Positions 1 to 14,200 of a stretch of 64,000 nt of DNA are shown piece by piece. The position numbers and the translations under genes are program-made. Origin of the DNA: Octopus sinensis (lineage: Eukaryota); the NCBI RefSeq assembly GCF_006345805.1, contig NC_042998.1, forward strand, positions 46,004,001 to 46,068,000. Reading direction: 5' to 3'. How positions within the stretch are numbered: position 1 is the stretch's first letter; each line of letters opens with the position of its first letter. The notes under the pieces were generated by a model. That model was not told the origin of the DNA. It worked only from the letters and a program-made list of their open reading frames with translations, and made no database searches.

Positions 1-899
1 GGCAATTCCACATAGACACAGACTTTTTATGATAGTTTATTTCATTTTTTTCCCTTCTTACTTGGGCTTCCAATGCAAAAATTACTTTTCAGCAAGACTA
101 GACATATATTTGAATTTATATTCAATTTCCATTTAGAACTGGGTGAGAAGTATATATTTATACTAGAAAATGTAAACACATACAAACATTTGATTTTTGT
201 TTGTTTTTTTCTTGAAAACAAACATTGAATATAATTTTATCAAACCCATTACCCTATTGCTTATATAAATAGAAATAATGATGACGATGTTTTGATAACG
301 ATTTTTGCTGATGCATAAATCAATTTAGTAAGAAATTGATGTTTATTTAATTGTATACTATAATGTTATTTAGCTGTACATCAACTCAAAATGAAGAGCT
401 ACATGATCAAAAAATTGTTACAGCAGTTATCAATCCAACATTTTTTCAAGCATTGTGTAATTCAGACTGCATTATTCAATGTGTCGTATCATTTTTAATG
501 ATTGAATGTGATTGAGAGAGAGTTGGTCACTATTTCTAGCAGAATGAGTTACCACGTAGAGCAGTCAATTTCTTTATTAACCATGAGGTTGAGAAAAAGA
601 GGGGACAATACGAGGACAGACAAAACAAACATTGGGGTCAGGGTATCGAATAAGACGAAACGTATGAATAAACAAATGGGCAAACTGTATCATGCAGGAC
701 TTTCTGAATGGCACACCTAATGAAAAATTACCTTGAATATTTTTTGTAGTGCAGTCTTCCTAATGATAAGCCATGTTTCATGCAACTTGCTTCTCAAAAA
801 TGGTTGCCTGTGCTTGATGTAGAGGCTCTCGCATTGGCTTATGTATATTTCAAATGACAACTACCCTAGCTGAATCTTGTACATAGTCCTACAGACTGC

Positions 900-2938
900 A
901 ACTCAAAACATACAACCCTAGTTATATCCAACTTTCATTTGACATAGGCAACATTCGTGGAATGTATGAGGGTATCAAGACAGCCATCAGCCCAACTCAG
1001 AGCAAGATAGCTCCACTCAAGTTCAAAACAGGAGAAGTTACCAAGGGCAAAAGAGAGCTGCTGGAAGGATGAGTGGAACATTATTCTGAACTCTACACTA
1101 AGGAAAACAACATTTTGGACAGTGCGCTAGACACCATAGAGTGCCTACCTGTCATGGAGGAGCTGGACACTCTGCCAACTGATGAAGAACTGAACAAAGC
1201 TTGCCCACTGGAAAAGCACCGGGTTTGGATGGCATTCCACCAGAGATCATCAGGTGTACCTGAAGAGTTCTATTTAGCCACTTGCTGTGGCTACTGTGTC
1301 AGTGTTGGGAGAAGGGATCGGTGCTGCAAGACATAAGAAACTGCAATGTTGTCACCCTATATAAGAACAAAGGGGATAAAAGCAAATGCAATAACTGCTG
1401 AGGCATCTCGCTGTTAAGCATCATTGGGAAGGTCTTTGCCCACGTGGCCCTAAACAGGCCACAGAAAATCACTGAGAGGGAATACTCTGAATCTCAGTTT
1501 GATTTCACATCAAAACGCTCCACCATCGACATGATCTTCTCTCTCTGACAGCTACAGAAGTAGTGAGATCAAAAGCAACCACCCTTTATCACTTTCATCG
1601 ATCTCACAAAGGCTTTTGGCCTAGTTAGTAGAGATGGGCTGTTCAAAATCCTTGCTGAGATTGGCTGTCCTCCAAGACTTTTCAGGATTGTCCAATCATT
1701 TCACATGGACATGAAAGGCCTTGTTCAATTTGATGGCTCTTTTTTGGAGGCATTCAATGTATGTAGCAGCATGAAGTAGGGCTGTGTGCTTGCCCCCATC
1801 CTGTTTGGCGCCTTCTTTTCAGTCATGCTGAAACATGCATTTGGGACATCAATTGATAGTGTTTACCTCCACACCAGATCAAGTGGCAAACTATTTAGTC
1901 TGTCAAGGCTGAAAGCAAAGTTCAGGGTGTGCCAGGTACTTGTCAGAGAAATGTTTGCAGATGATGCAGCACTGACAGTGCACTCTGAAGAGCAAATGCA
2001 GTATCTTGTGGACAAAATTCCAAAGGTCCATCAAGAATTCAGTCTGACTATCAGTCTGACTATCAGTCTGAAGAAGACCCAGGTAATGGGCCAAAGTGTC
2101 AAGCAGCCCCCCTCCTCACCACCACCATCACTATCAACAACTACAAGCTGGAGCTAGTCCATCAATTTACTTATCTCGGCTATACCATTGCTAATGACCT
2201 CTCCCTGGACCCTGAGATCAACAGGCAAATCAGACAATCATCCTCCACATTTGCCAGGCTCACAAAGAGAGTCTGGGAAAATAGAAATACTGGCTGCTAA
2301 CACCAAGACTGCCATCTATAAGGTGTACTATCCTTAGTACACTACTTTATGTCAGTGAGACGTAGAGCCTTTACTCCAGATAGGTGCAATGTCTCAATGT
2401 CTTTCACCTTTTATAATTTCAGATGCATCTTGGCTATCAAGTGGACTGACCACATCACCAACACCGAAGTCTTCAACTGAGCCAAGATACCCAGCATACT
2501 CACCCTGCTCCAGCAGCGTCGTTTGTGCTGGCTCAGTCATATACATCGCATGGTAGATGGAAGGATCCCTAAAGACCTCCTGTGTGGGGAATTGGCCACT
2601 GGCAGAAGAGCATGAGGACAACCTCATCTTTGTTTCAAGGACGTCTGTAAGAGGAATATGAAGTCACTTGATCTGGATGTCCTGAGATGGGAGGAGGTTG
2701 CAAATGATCACCCACACTGAAGACAAATACTGTGAAAGGGGACAAAGAGAACAGAAGGAAAACACCAAAGAAAAGCGCACTTGACAGAAGGAAAAACCAG
2801 TAGAGCTGGCAGAGAGCTCCTTCAAATGCAGTCATTGTATGTAAGAATTCCACAACAGACACTGCACTGCCATCAGCAGCTGACACGATTTCTTCAGGTG
2901 CAGATCCATGGCCTCTTGAGACTGATGGATGCCTACTA
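900..2938 (+). mobile_element. Degenerate RTE-clade LINE (5'-truncated ORF2 with RT region and 3' end)
   Basis: Broken frames give RTE ORF2 motifs: GNIRGMYEGIKTAI, VEHYSELY, LPVMEELD, FIDLTKAF, GCVLAPILFGAFF, (L)FADDAAL. Typical RTE 3' end gcagatccatggcctcttgagactgatggatgcc. Many stops and frameshifts. Confidence 0.9.
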
Positions 2939-5900
2939 TATAGTTCTTAAAATAAAACAATTTTTATATATATATATTACTATATTTTCATAATCAGATG
3001 ACAGACAGTATCGTACCTGCTGGCTTGAAATAGTTTGGTTTCTAAAGTATTTGATTTGTATTGATCTCTTAAATAGTCAACAGCTTTTCAAAAGGTCGCT
3101 CTCCAACAACCTGTCTTCATACTGACATAAATGTTGTTGTTTGTGGTAACAGCTGTTATCATTTAATGGTAGTTAGGTAAATAAAATAAAAAATAATAGA
3201 AGAAAGCTAAATAACCATAACCATTCTATTTTTTTAATTGAACAGCATCCAGTCAGCTTTTAGAACGATTTGACAACTTAATTATTATTTTAAGTAAATA
3301 TATAAGCTATATTGCAAACAGGAGACAGCAACATCTAAAAATACTATAATCCAAAATATGCCAAAAGCAAAATTTTGGTGATTCTTTATTGAATTGGTGA
3401 ACAACCAATCAACTAATAAATAAATATAAGATAAATAAACTCTTTCTCAATCAATTAATTACAGTTATTTATTATCTTGTAGCAATAAAGGAAATTAGTA
3501 AGTAAATGGAACAAGTTATACATTTACACATTTCTATACTGTCAATAATACAGCAATGAAGATTTTTCTAAGTTCTACTGGAGAACAAAATGTGATATCA
3601 ATCATACACAATTTTATTGATGTGAGATGAATGCTTATTGAACTAATCTCCTTATTGTTATTACTCGTAATATTGTAATGCTGTATATAGTTGTTATAAC
3701 TGTTATTGTTCATGAGATATTTATATTTTAGTCAGTTTTGATCAATTTGATTTTTGTAATCGGAGAATATAATTGAATGATTTTGATGGAGTCCAACAGT
3801 AGTTAACATACTAGATATTGTTTAGATTTATTTCCTTATATCAGAACAGAATGTTTCTGGAGCCAGTCTGTTAGGATTGCCAACATATACTTTGAAGTTA
3901 TTGAATTAACCAGAACATGTGAATTTGTATCAAGAATAAGAACTTTATCTAGTAGATCTTTACATAATTTAGCATTTATTTTACAAAGCATTCATAGATT
4001 AGATTAAGTATGATAACTTGGAACACATGGACTGCATGTTGCTCTTTTCTGTGGCACATGTTATGACCTCATAATATAAACTTCATAATTTTTTTACAAA
4101 TATTTTGGAACATAATCATTAGATTTGTCTCTCTTAATTTGATAATTATTTTTTTTTGCTTACTTGTTCACTAATGCTTTCTTTTATTCAAAGTTTGGTG
4201 GAGCTAAGAGAATCTTAAATTATCAACTGATGAAAATGTATTACATATGATGTTTATTAAGTTATTCATTTAATACTATGACCCAATTTATGATATGCAA
4301 CATACCTCATAATGCTCACTGCTTGAAAATACTTGCTTATGTCTGGGTTTCATAGGTCTATCATAACCTCAGAAACCCTTCAGATATAGAATATATTTCA
4401 GCTATAAGCTGAGCCTTGTCCCTTAGCATAAAGCCAGCTCCCATTCTTCCTTGGAGTTCATAGTCTTATGATCTGCATGGTGACCTCACTAGTGTTGGTG
4501 GTATGAAAAGTGAATCCAGTACATGCAATAAAGTGATTGGTGTTAGGAAGGCCATCCAACCACAGAAACAATGCCAAAGCAAACCAGACATTGGTGTACA
4601 ATACGGTCTTTGGAACCATCAGATCCTGTGAAACCATCCAATCCATGCCAGCATGGAGCATAGATGTTAAACAATGACAATGATGATAATGATGATGAAA
4701 GAGCATTTGATGGGATTCCTTGTAATATTTATTCTGGCTCCTTGTATTCTGAGTTCAAATACCACTGGAGTCAACTTTGCCATCCATATTTCTGGGATCA
4801 TTAAATAAAGTACCAGCCTAGAGCTGTCGGCATGCAGAATCATTTGATCATTAGATAGGATGCTTTGCAGTATTTGTCCTAGCTATTTGCATTCTGAGCT
4901 CAAATCCTACCTGGTCTACTTGAGTGGTAGACTTAATTGTTCATGCAGTTTAATACAACCACATGGTTATTGGATGCCTTCAGAGCTATCTTAACAACAT
5001 TACAGCCTCATCACACCCCATCCAACTCCAGCAAAGTAATGACAGGAGTGTATAGTATTTAGTTATTGATAACAAACCACAGCATATATAGATTAACATT
5101 AGGCCCCAAACCTTTTGAGTACCAAGGTGATTGCCCACTGTGCATTAAAACAGCAATGGGTGCATTTAGTGGAGTCTGCTCTATTGCAAGCATTGGTCCT
5201 GGTCTCTGGTTTGAAGATAACTTCCTACCATCAGTCTGAGGGGTCACACAAAGGGTTATGGGCCTGCTCTTCCTTTCACACTGAGTGATAATAAAAAAGT
5301 CCTTTTACTACTAAGCCACAGTACTATTAAAGGTTCCCTCCAGTGTTATGTGCAGGTATGACTGTGTAGTTGAGAAGCTTGTTTTCTAACCACATGGTTT
5401 CGAGTTCAGTCTCATTATGTGGAACAGAAGGCAGGTGTCTTCTACTATAACCCCAGGCTGACCAAAGCCACCTGGGTGGATTTGGTACATGGAAACTGAA
5501 AATAAGCCTATGTATGAGGTAGTATCAAAAAGTTTCCAGACTAGTTATGTTTGATAAAGTAATAACTTATTTAGCTAAGTTTTAGTATTGTCTCCTTCAA
5601 AATAGTCACCTTGCACAGCAATACACCTGTCCTGCATTTTTGTCATTTTTGAAATCTAGCCTGGAAGTTGTTTTCTGTAAGCGAAGTCAAGGACCTTCTG
5701 CAATTTGATCTGGATCTTGACAATGGTGTAAAAACGGTGACCTTTGAGCTGCCTTTTCATCTTGAGGAAGAGATGGAAGGTCCACAGGTGTAAAATATGG
5801 CGAGTAGGATGGGTGTGGAAGTGACACATATTATTTTTGGCAAGAAACTTATGAATGAGGAGACCTCAGTGACAGGATGCATTGTTGTTGTGAAGAATCC

Positions 5901-6308
5901 AATTCTTTGTGCTACACAGATTCTGTCACTTTCACCAAATGTCCTCCCCCAAATGCTTCAAAACAGTAGAACTCTTGAATGGCTCAGGCCTGGCCCTGGG
6001 GAATAAATTCTTGATGTGCAATAATGTGGATGTCAGAAGAAAATGATGAGCATGCTCTTGACTGAGCTGTGGCTCTGCCATGCTTTCTTTGGTTGTGGAG
6101 ATGAAATGGCTTTTCAATTGTGACAACTGCTACTTTGTCTTGGATTTGTACTCATGGACCAACTGTTGTCACTAGTGATAATCCTCGACATGAAGGACGG
6201 ATCATCATTGGCACACTGATGGAGATCTTGATAGACTTTGAGGTGATGTTCTTTCTGCTCAGTGGTTAGCAGGCGGGGTACAAACTTAGCACAGATACTC
6301 AGCATATT

Positions 6309-6550
6309 GTTGTTTGTTCCTTCTTGAGCCATGCCTGGTCCATCGCAGGTAAGCTGCAAGATGCAGGAGGAAAGAGTGAGAGTAAGTTGTGGTGAAAGAG
6401 TCAGCAGAAGTTCACCATTATCTTCTACCGGAGCCGCGTGGAGCTTAGATGTTTCACTCATAAACACACACATTGTCCGGTCTCAGGTTCAAACCCGCGA
6501 TCACTTGATTGCGAGTCCACTGCTCTAACCACTAGGCCATGTGCCTCCAC
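6309..6550 (-). mobile_element. tRNA-derived SINE (family B) inserted in mariner
   Basis: Minus-strand head gtggaggcacaTGGCCTAGTGGttagagc...GGTTTGAACCtg (A/B boxes). 12-bp TSD actcagcatatt at 6297-6308 and 6551-6562. Confidence 0.9.
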
Positions 6551-6828
6551 ACTCAGCATATTCAATTCAGATGTTAGGATTGCCTGCACAGACTCATACA
6601 AAAGACCAACAACATCACCAATGTTGTTGATTGTCTTCCAATGATCCTCATGAATAAGCTGATGAATTTTCTCCACATTTCTAGGATGACACTCATGGCA
6701 GGTCTTTCAGATCACCCATCATTTTCCAGAGCCATGCCACTTGAAACATTGTGTATGACCTGTTACCTCTTCACCATAAGCTTGTCAAAGCATGCTCAAT
6801 ATCTCTGTAGCAGACTTCCCAAGTTTAA

Positions 6829-7049
6829 CCCTTTCGTTACTGTATTTATTTTGAGATGTTCTGTGTTTCTTTCAGTTACGTTAAATATAACAAAGAAGTT
6901 AGTAAAATAACTTTGTTATCATTCAGCTAATGTTAGGAGCATAAATTGTGACTAAGGTTTGGTGGAAGATTTTAATTCAAAACTTATGAAAACAAGACAT
7001 TTGTACTCAAAAGCCAGAGCCAGTTTCAGCCGTGTTGGTAACAAAAGGG
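6829..7049. mobile_element. piggyBac-like MITE
   Basis: TTAA|ccctttcgttac ... gtaacaaaaggg|TTAA. It duplicates the single TTAA seen in the uninterrupted sister mariner (ttttgcgTTAAacttc near 31600). Confidence 0.88.
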
Positions 7050-7997
7050 TTAATGCAAAATTTCATGTTGGCTCTTTGTTCCAACTTCTTGTCCATGCAT
7101 GACAAAATCACAGACTACAGCATACGTGTGATCACAAAAGCACAAATTTCACAACATGAGAATTAAACACAGCAATATCAATCAGCACACTGCCTCATGA
7201 AGGTCACTGCTAGCTTTCAATGTGCTGCCATCTGATGTTGTCCTACAGACCTAGTCCAGGAACTTTTTGATACCACCTCGTATATAAATATATTAGTGTG
7301 TGTGTGTATGTGTGTTTGTGTACATTCGCGTCTTGGCGTCATGTGGTGGTTAGAAAAATGAGCATCATTATCATACAAGAATGTTGTTTGCTTCTAGTCC
7401 TTCCAGGAAAAACCTGTCAAGCCGTGGGGAAATATTATCTTGGTAGGAAATAGATGAGAGGAAGGATATCTGGCTGTAGAACATCTGTTTCAACAAATTT
7501 GGTCTAACCCATGCAAGCATAGAAAAGAGGACAATAAATTATGATGATGATGATGATGAGTTCTGTTGAAAAATATTGTTGTTCATAAATGGGTACAAAA
7601 CAAGAATATAAGTATGATCTAATAGATAAGACATTTGAGTATAGAGAAGTGGAAAAGAATCTAATTCTTGTTGGCAGTTGACATTTTATCTGTCTGTTTC
7701 CTGTTGCTGCCACTTATTAATTCCTTTTATTGTTTCATGTTAGTGAATTATTGCTGAAATATCACATACCATCTTCTGTGGATGTCAGCAGTTGTTGTTA
7801 GCAATTCCCTCAGAAACAAGCCATCAACTCTCTGGAGTTTCTTAATCTTTTTGATGGTTAACCCCAGAGCAACTCTTAAATGAATACACTTATGACCACT
7901 TCATCTGTGTAAGGATATGGCTAGAACTAAATTATCTAATATTTCGTTTTGGGATTTGGTTTGCAAGATTCTTTATATGAGTTCGTGTGTCGAAGTA

Positions 7998-8157
7998 TAT
8001 TCTGTTGTGTCTGGGGAGAGTCATTTTCTTTTTGTGCTTTATAATATAACACACTCACCGAAAAATAAAAATAACAAATAAATGGAAATTTTACCGGTGA
8101 GTGTGTTACATCATAAGGCCCAAAAAGAAAATGACTCTCCCCTGACACAACAGAATA
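7998..8157. repeat. Inverted repeat, 63-bp arms, 34-bp spacer
   Basis: tattctgttgtgtctggggagagtcattttctttttg...aacacactcaccg (7998-8060) is the reverse complement of cggtgagtgtgtt...caaaaagaaaatgactctcccctgacacaacagaata (8095-8157), with a few mismatches. Confidence 0.85.
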
Positions 8158-8919
8158 CATTATCTAATGTATCCTTTCTTTATTAAGGATGTTAAAATAT
8201 GATTTGTGGGAGATTTTCTGAAAAACAAAATGTGAAACTGAATAGGAGAAATCTTTAGGGAAGCTCATCAGATGAACTGTCCCCATATTTTAAAGGTTCT
8301 GCCTTGTTACACAAAGGTATCATGCTGGTTCTGCCTGAGAATTACATTAAGAGTACACAACTGTAGGATACTCAGCCACCACCACTGATCACCACCACCA
8401 CCACCACCACCACCACCATCACCACCAATCACCACCACCACCACCATTTAACATCTGCTTCCTATGTTGGCATGGGTTGGATCTGATGGGCAAAAGGATT
8501 GACTGCACCAAACTCCAGCATCTGTTTTGGCATGGTTCATACGGTTGGATGTCCTTCCCTAACACCAACCAGTTTACAGAGTGTACTGGGTGCTTTCTCA
8601 AGGCACCAATACCGTGAGGTCACCAATACCCGTGAGGTCACCAAGTAATTTTCAAGACACTACCTCCTCCACTCCCAACTGAATATTGAGGGCAATAAAC
8701 AGCTTTACACCAGGTGTTGAGGAGTTAAAGTATGATAGAGAAACAGTGGCTTCCCCAGTTGGAGAGAGAGAGAAAGAAATGGCGAGGACATACCCTCAAA
8801 GTACAATGTGAATATAAGAGAGAGAAAACAAAGGAAATAGAAAGGGTGGTAATTCAAGAGATCTGGTAGTTCAATTAATCAAACAACCAAACAATCATCA
8901 TCATCGTCATCATTTAACA

Positions 8920-9140
8920 TTTCTTTTTACTCTTTTACTTGTATCAGTCATTTGACTGTGGCCATGCTGGAGCACTGCCTTTAGTCGAGCAAATCGACCC
9001 CAGGACTTATTCTTTGTAAGCCTAGTACTTATTCTATCGGTCTCTTTTGCCGAACCACTAAGTTACGGGGATGTAAGCACACCAGCATCAGTTGTCAAGT
9101 GGTGGTGGGGGGACAAACACAGACACACAAACATACACAC
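8920..9140 (-). mobile_element. SINE family A, 3' half
   Basis: Matches the tail of the full copies (tactcttttacttgt..cagtcatttgactgtggccatgctggagcac...ggggacaaacacagacac). Confidence 0.85.
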
Positions 9141-9302
9141 ACACATATATATATATATAAATATATATATTGTTATATTTCGGAATGGTCATTTTGCCAG
9201 TTTAGCCAATAAAATCTTGCACAACAAATATTTAAACGTAAATATATATATATATATATACATATATAAATATATATATATATATACATATATATAAATA
9301 TG

Positions 9303-9355
<53 letters not shown>

Positions 9356-9897
9356 GTCCCCAAATACCTTTTATGTTTTCTGCAAGGAACTTATTTATAA
9401 ATATTTTATATCAATAGCACCAGTCTATACAAATATATATTGTATATTTCTGAATCATTCCATAATTGATTTGTTGGTTGTCTGTAAGCAAATTTTTGAT
9501 ACGACAATATTTCTTCTACGTCATCTATAGTTATGCATTTTACTTCTTATCAAGAATAAGACATTTACAAAGTGACATTTCTAAGAATTCAAACATAAAA
9601 TATTTTAGCTCGATCCATTTTCCATCTTCTCTCTTCATGAAATAAACATTTACTATGGAGTGACAATTTATCAACACACACACACACACAGAGTTTGGTG
9701 TGTGTGCATGTGTGTGTATTTATGGTGACAGTGTATGAATAAATCATTTATTAGACATTTACAATAAATGCATAATTTTACTAAAATGCTCATAATATTT
9801 TGCGGTGACTTATTTTCATATTGAGAAAAAAAGTTTATAGTTTTGCACAAATCTATCCTGACATCTGTACTTAAGTGATTTATGTAACTGTCTTATA

Positions 9898-9945
<48 letters not shown>

Positions 9946-10300
9946 GCCTCCAGCCAAAGATTTTCAGATTATCAAAATCTTATTGCAGCTAAATCCTATT
10001 TCTGGATTTATTAAGACAGGCTGAAACACTCTATTTATAACAATAGTAATAATACTAAAGCAGCAACGATGACGACAACAACGACAACGACAACAACAAC
10101 AACGCTGCCACCACCACCACCACCACTACCAACTACAACAACAACAATCGACCCCATCCTTAAAAACAGACTTACTTCGCAGTGCAAGGAGCTTGTGCAC
10201 AATTCCCGAGACTTGAAAAGAACATATCACCTCAATTCATGGGAAGTGAACAACTGGTACATTAATGACGCCTCCAGCAACAATCTGAGTATGTCAGATA

Positions 10301-10335
<35 letters not shown>

Positions 10336-11153
10336 ATAATAATAATAATAAAGCCTACTAGAATATTTACGGAGCTGCTCAGAGAAATTGCTAAAGGCAG
10401 TGAATAAAGAACAGGTGATCAAGTGTAGAACAGGAGAAAAGGACTCTGAGTGAAATTTAAAGAGAACATGTTAAACAGATTGGTGAGAAACGTATCCATG
10501 GTCAGTCTTGGAAGGCCACTGATAGATGTATGTGGAATAAAAACTGGGCTTGATTGAAAAAAAGGATGACTGAAAAAAGGAAAAAAGAGCCCAAAGGATA
10601 TTGGAATTGAGACTTACATTGTCAACCTGTACAAAAATCTGATCCTGTTTTCTTTAAGAATCCTTAGAAAGATTCTTGAGATTTGAGGAGACTTGTCATC
10701 AAACCTCACAACAAACCTACTAACTAATATAGTATGTAATAGTTTTGGCAATTATAATTCTTTCTGCTGTAGCCACAAGGCCTGAAATTTCTGGGGAGAG
10801 GGCTTGCTGTTTACATCAACTCCCAGCACTCAACTGGTACTTATTTTATTGAACCCGAAAGGATGAAAGGTAAAGTTGACCTCGTCAGAGTTTGAACTTA
10901 GAATGCAAAGATGGAGGAAATGCTGTTAAGCATTTTGTCATCCTCATCATCATTTACATCCATTGTTCATGGGTTGGATGGTGCGACCAAAGCTGGCAAA
11001 CCGGGGGGCTGCACCAGACTCCACTTTGGTTTGGCATGGTTTCTACAGCTGGATGCCCAATATGCTAATGATTCTGCCAGCACACCACCTTAACAACAAT
11101 AATTATGATAAATATAAATAAAAATAATGATAATAGTTAAAAATAATGATTAT

Positions 11154-11359
11154 AAGCGTAGGAGTGGCTGTATGGTAAGTAGCTTGCTTATGAACTACAT
11201 GGTTCCAGGTTCAGTCCCACTGCATGGCACCTTAGGCAAGTGTCTTCTACTATAGCCTTGGGCCAACCAAAGCCTGTGAGTGGATTTGGTAGACAGAAAC
11301 TGAAAGAAGCCTGTTGTATGTATATATATATACCTAATCTTTTGCCCTTATCTTGTAAA

Positions 11360-11401
<42 letters not shown>

Positions 11402-11613
11402 CTGTATATGTTTGTATGTCTGTGTTTGTACCCCCAACATCGCTTGACAAACGATGCTGGTGTGTTTACATCCCCGTAACTTAGCAGTTCGGCAAAAGAG
11501 ACCGATAGAATAAGTACTAGGTTTACAAAGAATAAGTCCTGGGGTCGATGTGCTCGACTAAAGGCAGTGCTCCAGCATGGCCAAAGGCAAATGACTGAAA
11601 CAAGTAAAAGAGT
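11154..11613 (+). mobile_element. Full-length tRNA-derived SINE family A with internal (TA)n
   Basis: Head aagcgtaggagTGGCTGTATGGtaag...GGTTCAGTCCC, central gggcaagtgtctt, internal microsatellite, tail tgactgaaacaagtaaaagagt. At least six near-complete copies in the window. Confidence 0.9.
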
Positions 11614-13467
11614 AATAGTAATCATAATATTACCCATCTTTTGACAAGATGCTGAGGGTTACTTATAATAAGTGCCTTCTGCGATAAAAATTAAAAATAC
11701 AAAAATACAATGGGACTTGAGCATCTAGACGAATTATTTGGTAGCACAAAATTAGCTTGTTGTAATTTTCCATGACTAAACATGACAATAGTGCATTAAT
11801 AGCCAACATAGCAACACCAAATGTCTATAATGTTGTACAGAAGAAAAACATTATAGAAAGCAAAGAAATTTCATTGATATAACTGTTGAAACATAAGTAA
11901 TATGATTGTTTAGGAATATGTTCATTATCTTGTTTGTGATTAGTACAACCAATATGATACACATTGACAGATTATTTGTTAGGACATACATAAGCGTGTT
12001 CCAGAAAATAATAATAGCTGGATCTGTAAATATTGTCTCGGCATCTCACACAAAATTTATTAAACTTCAGCATTTTTATGCAGTGTTTACCAAGAGGTAT
12101 GTAATTCTCTTTGATGTAAGAAAGAAAAATTCTTTGATGAATTTCAAACCATGAATAATAAAATAATAATTGAGATGGAGACATACATACCCAACCAAAG
12201 AAAAAAAAATCTGAATTAAATTTGCAGAAATACAATTGGCAGAAGCAAGATAAGAATTTTTAATTTCATAATATCTCAATTTTAAAATCTTTTGTTATTC
12301 ATTATATTAATGCTACTCTATCATTCCCTCTCTGTCTTTGTCTCTTTCATACACTTTTTCTTTCTCATCTCATTTTCATATGTGGCCATGTGTGTATAAA
12401 GATGACTGGTAGAAAAAAAAAAAAAATCTTTTGAGTCAAAGTTGTATGAGATCAACCCACGCATAGCTGACCAACAAATTCTAAATTAAATTCACTGGTA
12501 TTCAATTCAAAGATAAGAACTTTTAATTTAATAATATTTCCATCTCGAAATTTCTAGGTTCCTATTATATTATCTATCTCTTTTCTATTTCCCTCTTTTT
12601 CTTTCTTTCTCTGACTCTTTTTCTCTCAGCCTCTTTTTTTTTTTTCAACATCCAGTATATTTATACATAGATAGTATTTGTTGGGCTGGTATAACTACTT
12701 GTCTGCCTCCACCTTAGAATGTGACAATCCCTTGAAACTTCTTGAGAACTTCTCAGTATAACATTTTATATAACACTATACAGAAAGCGTCACTTCTAGT
12801 CTCTCAGGGTATACTTGCAATCTCTTCTCCTCTTGGTTGAAGAGTAAAGTGTCTGTTGTCAGTCCTTTCAACCATTTCCACTACATAATTGTTTTTGCTT
12901 CAGCCACTAGGCCAGAAAACGGCTAGCCCACTTCTAATAAAGATCTTTTACAAAGGCTGGAATTGGTGTAGCTGACTCTCAGTAAAATGAAATTAGTATT
13001 AAAAATACTAATAATGGTACTAATCTTGAGTTCAGTCCCAAAGTGTGGCATCTTGGGTAAATAGGTGTTTCTGCTACAGCCCTGAGATAACCACAACTTC
13101 TTGAGTGGATTTGGTAGCTGGAAACTAGAAGAAGTCTGTGTAGCTATAGACTCAAGTGTGGCTGTGTGGTAAAAAGTTTGCTTCCCAACCACATGACACC
13201 GGGTTCAGTCCTACTACATGGTACACTGGGCAAGTGTCTTGAACTATAGCCCCAAGCTGATCAAAGTTTTGAGAGTGTATTTAGTAGAAGGAAACTGAAA
13301 GAAGCCCATTACATACATAATATATATTCTTTTATTCTTTTACTTGTTTCAGTCATTTGATTGCAACCATATACATATATATTTACTTGGAAATGGATGC
13401 ATGGCATTCGATCACCCATGCTAGCATGGAAAGCGAACGCTAAATGATGATGATGATATATATATGT

Positions 13468-13676
13468 TTCAAAATGTGACCACGTGTGTACTGTTGGCGA
13501 TTTTTTTTTCTTCGTCTTCCCTTCTTTGGCTCTTTCCTTTTCCTATGTTTCTGAGGAAGAGCTCCGCTCGAAACGTTAAACCCTCCTTCTTTCCTGAGCA
13601 TCCAATAATACTATGCTTGTTCCACATCCTCGCGTTGTTGTATTTTCTCTTTGTGTTTTCATGTTTGGATTAACTT
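13468..13676 (+). mobile_element. Hammerhead-containing repeat fragment, probably the 3' terminal region (pLTR) of a Penelope-like element
   Basis: CpG-retaining ~200-bp segment between microsatellites that carries a minimal type I hammerhead. The PLE assignment is inferred from the ribozyme type only. Confidence 0.55.
13547..13581 (+). ncRNA. Minimal type I hammerhead ribozyme motif
   Basis: GTTT-CTGAGGA-A-GAGC(TCC)GCTC-GAAA-CGTT^AAAC: stem I GTTT/AAAC, intact CUGANGA and GAAA core, 4-bp stem II, palindromic AACGTT stem III, predicted GUU cleavage after 13577. Confidence 0.8.
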
Positions 13677-13921
13677 TATATATATATATATATGCATATA
13701 TACACACATATGTGTACATGCCTACATATATATGTATATATACATGCATATATGGGTACAGGAGATAAAAAAAAACATGAACAAAATGAGAAATGAGAAC
13801 ATAAAAAACAAAAGCATGGAAAATGAACTTTTTTCAAACAATAAGACACAAATAGAGGAACAAGACAAGCAACATAAAGAACATTCCCTTCATCAGTTGT
13901 CCCCCATTTTATCTACTCCGC

Positions 13922-14020
<99 letters not shown>

Positions 14021-14200
14021 CATCATCATCATTTAGCGTACGTTTTCCATGCTAGCATGGGTTGGACGGTTTAACTGGGGTCTGTGAAGCCGGGAGGCTT
14101 CATCAGGCCCAGTCAGATTTGGCAGTGTTTCTACGGCTTGATGCCCTTCCTAACGCCAACCACTCTGTGAGTGTAGTGGGTGCTTTTTACGTGCCGCCTG
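14021..14200 (-). mobile_element. RTE LINE 3' end fragment ending in (GAT)n
   Basis: Reverse complement of the 3' UTR that follows RTE ORF2 at 34100-34283 (ccatgctagcatggaaaacg...aaatgatgatg). Confidence 0.8.

Larger units (their letters stand above)
5515..7280 (-). mobile_element. Full-length decayed mariner transposon with two nested insertions
   Basis: TIRs TA|tgaggtagtatcaaaaagtttccagactag and ctagtccaggaactttttgataccacctcg|TA. Minus-strand transposase remnants MDKKLEQRANMKFC, VEKIHQLIHED, CAKFVPRLLT, FMSRIITSD. Confidence 0.9.

Noticed and set aside
3017-3150. Minus-strand donor CAG|gtacga with upstream acceptors
   Set aside because: Stops in all three frames.
13760-13926. Minus-strand CTGATGA (13896-13890) in a repeat-like segment facing the 13.55-kb element
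   Set aside because: No properly placed GAAA or stems II/III. It may be a truncated ribozyme remnant but cannot be supported.
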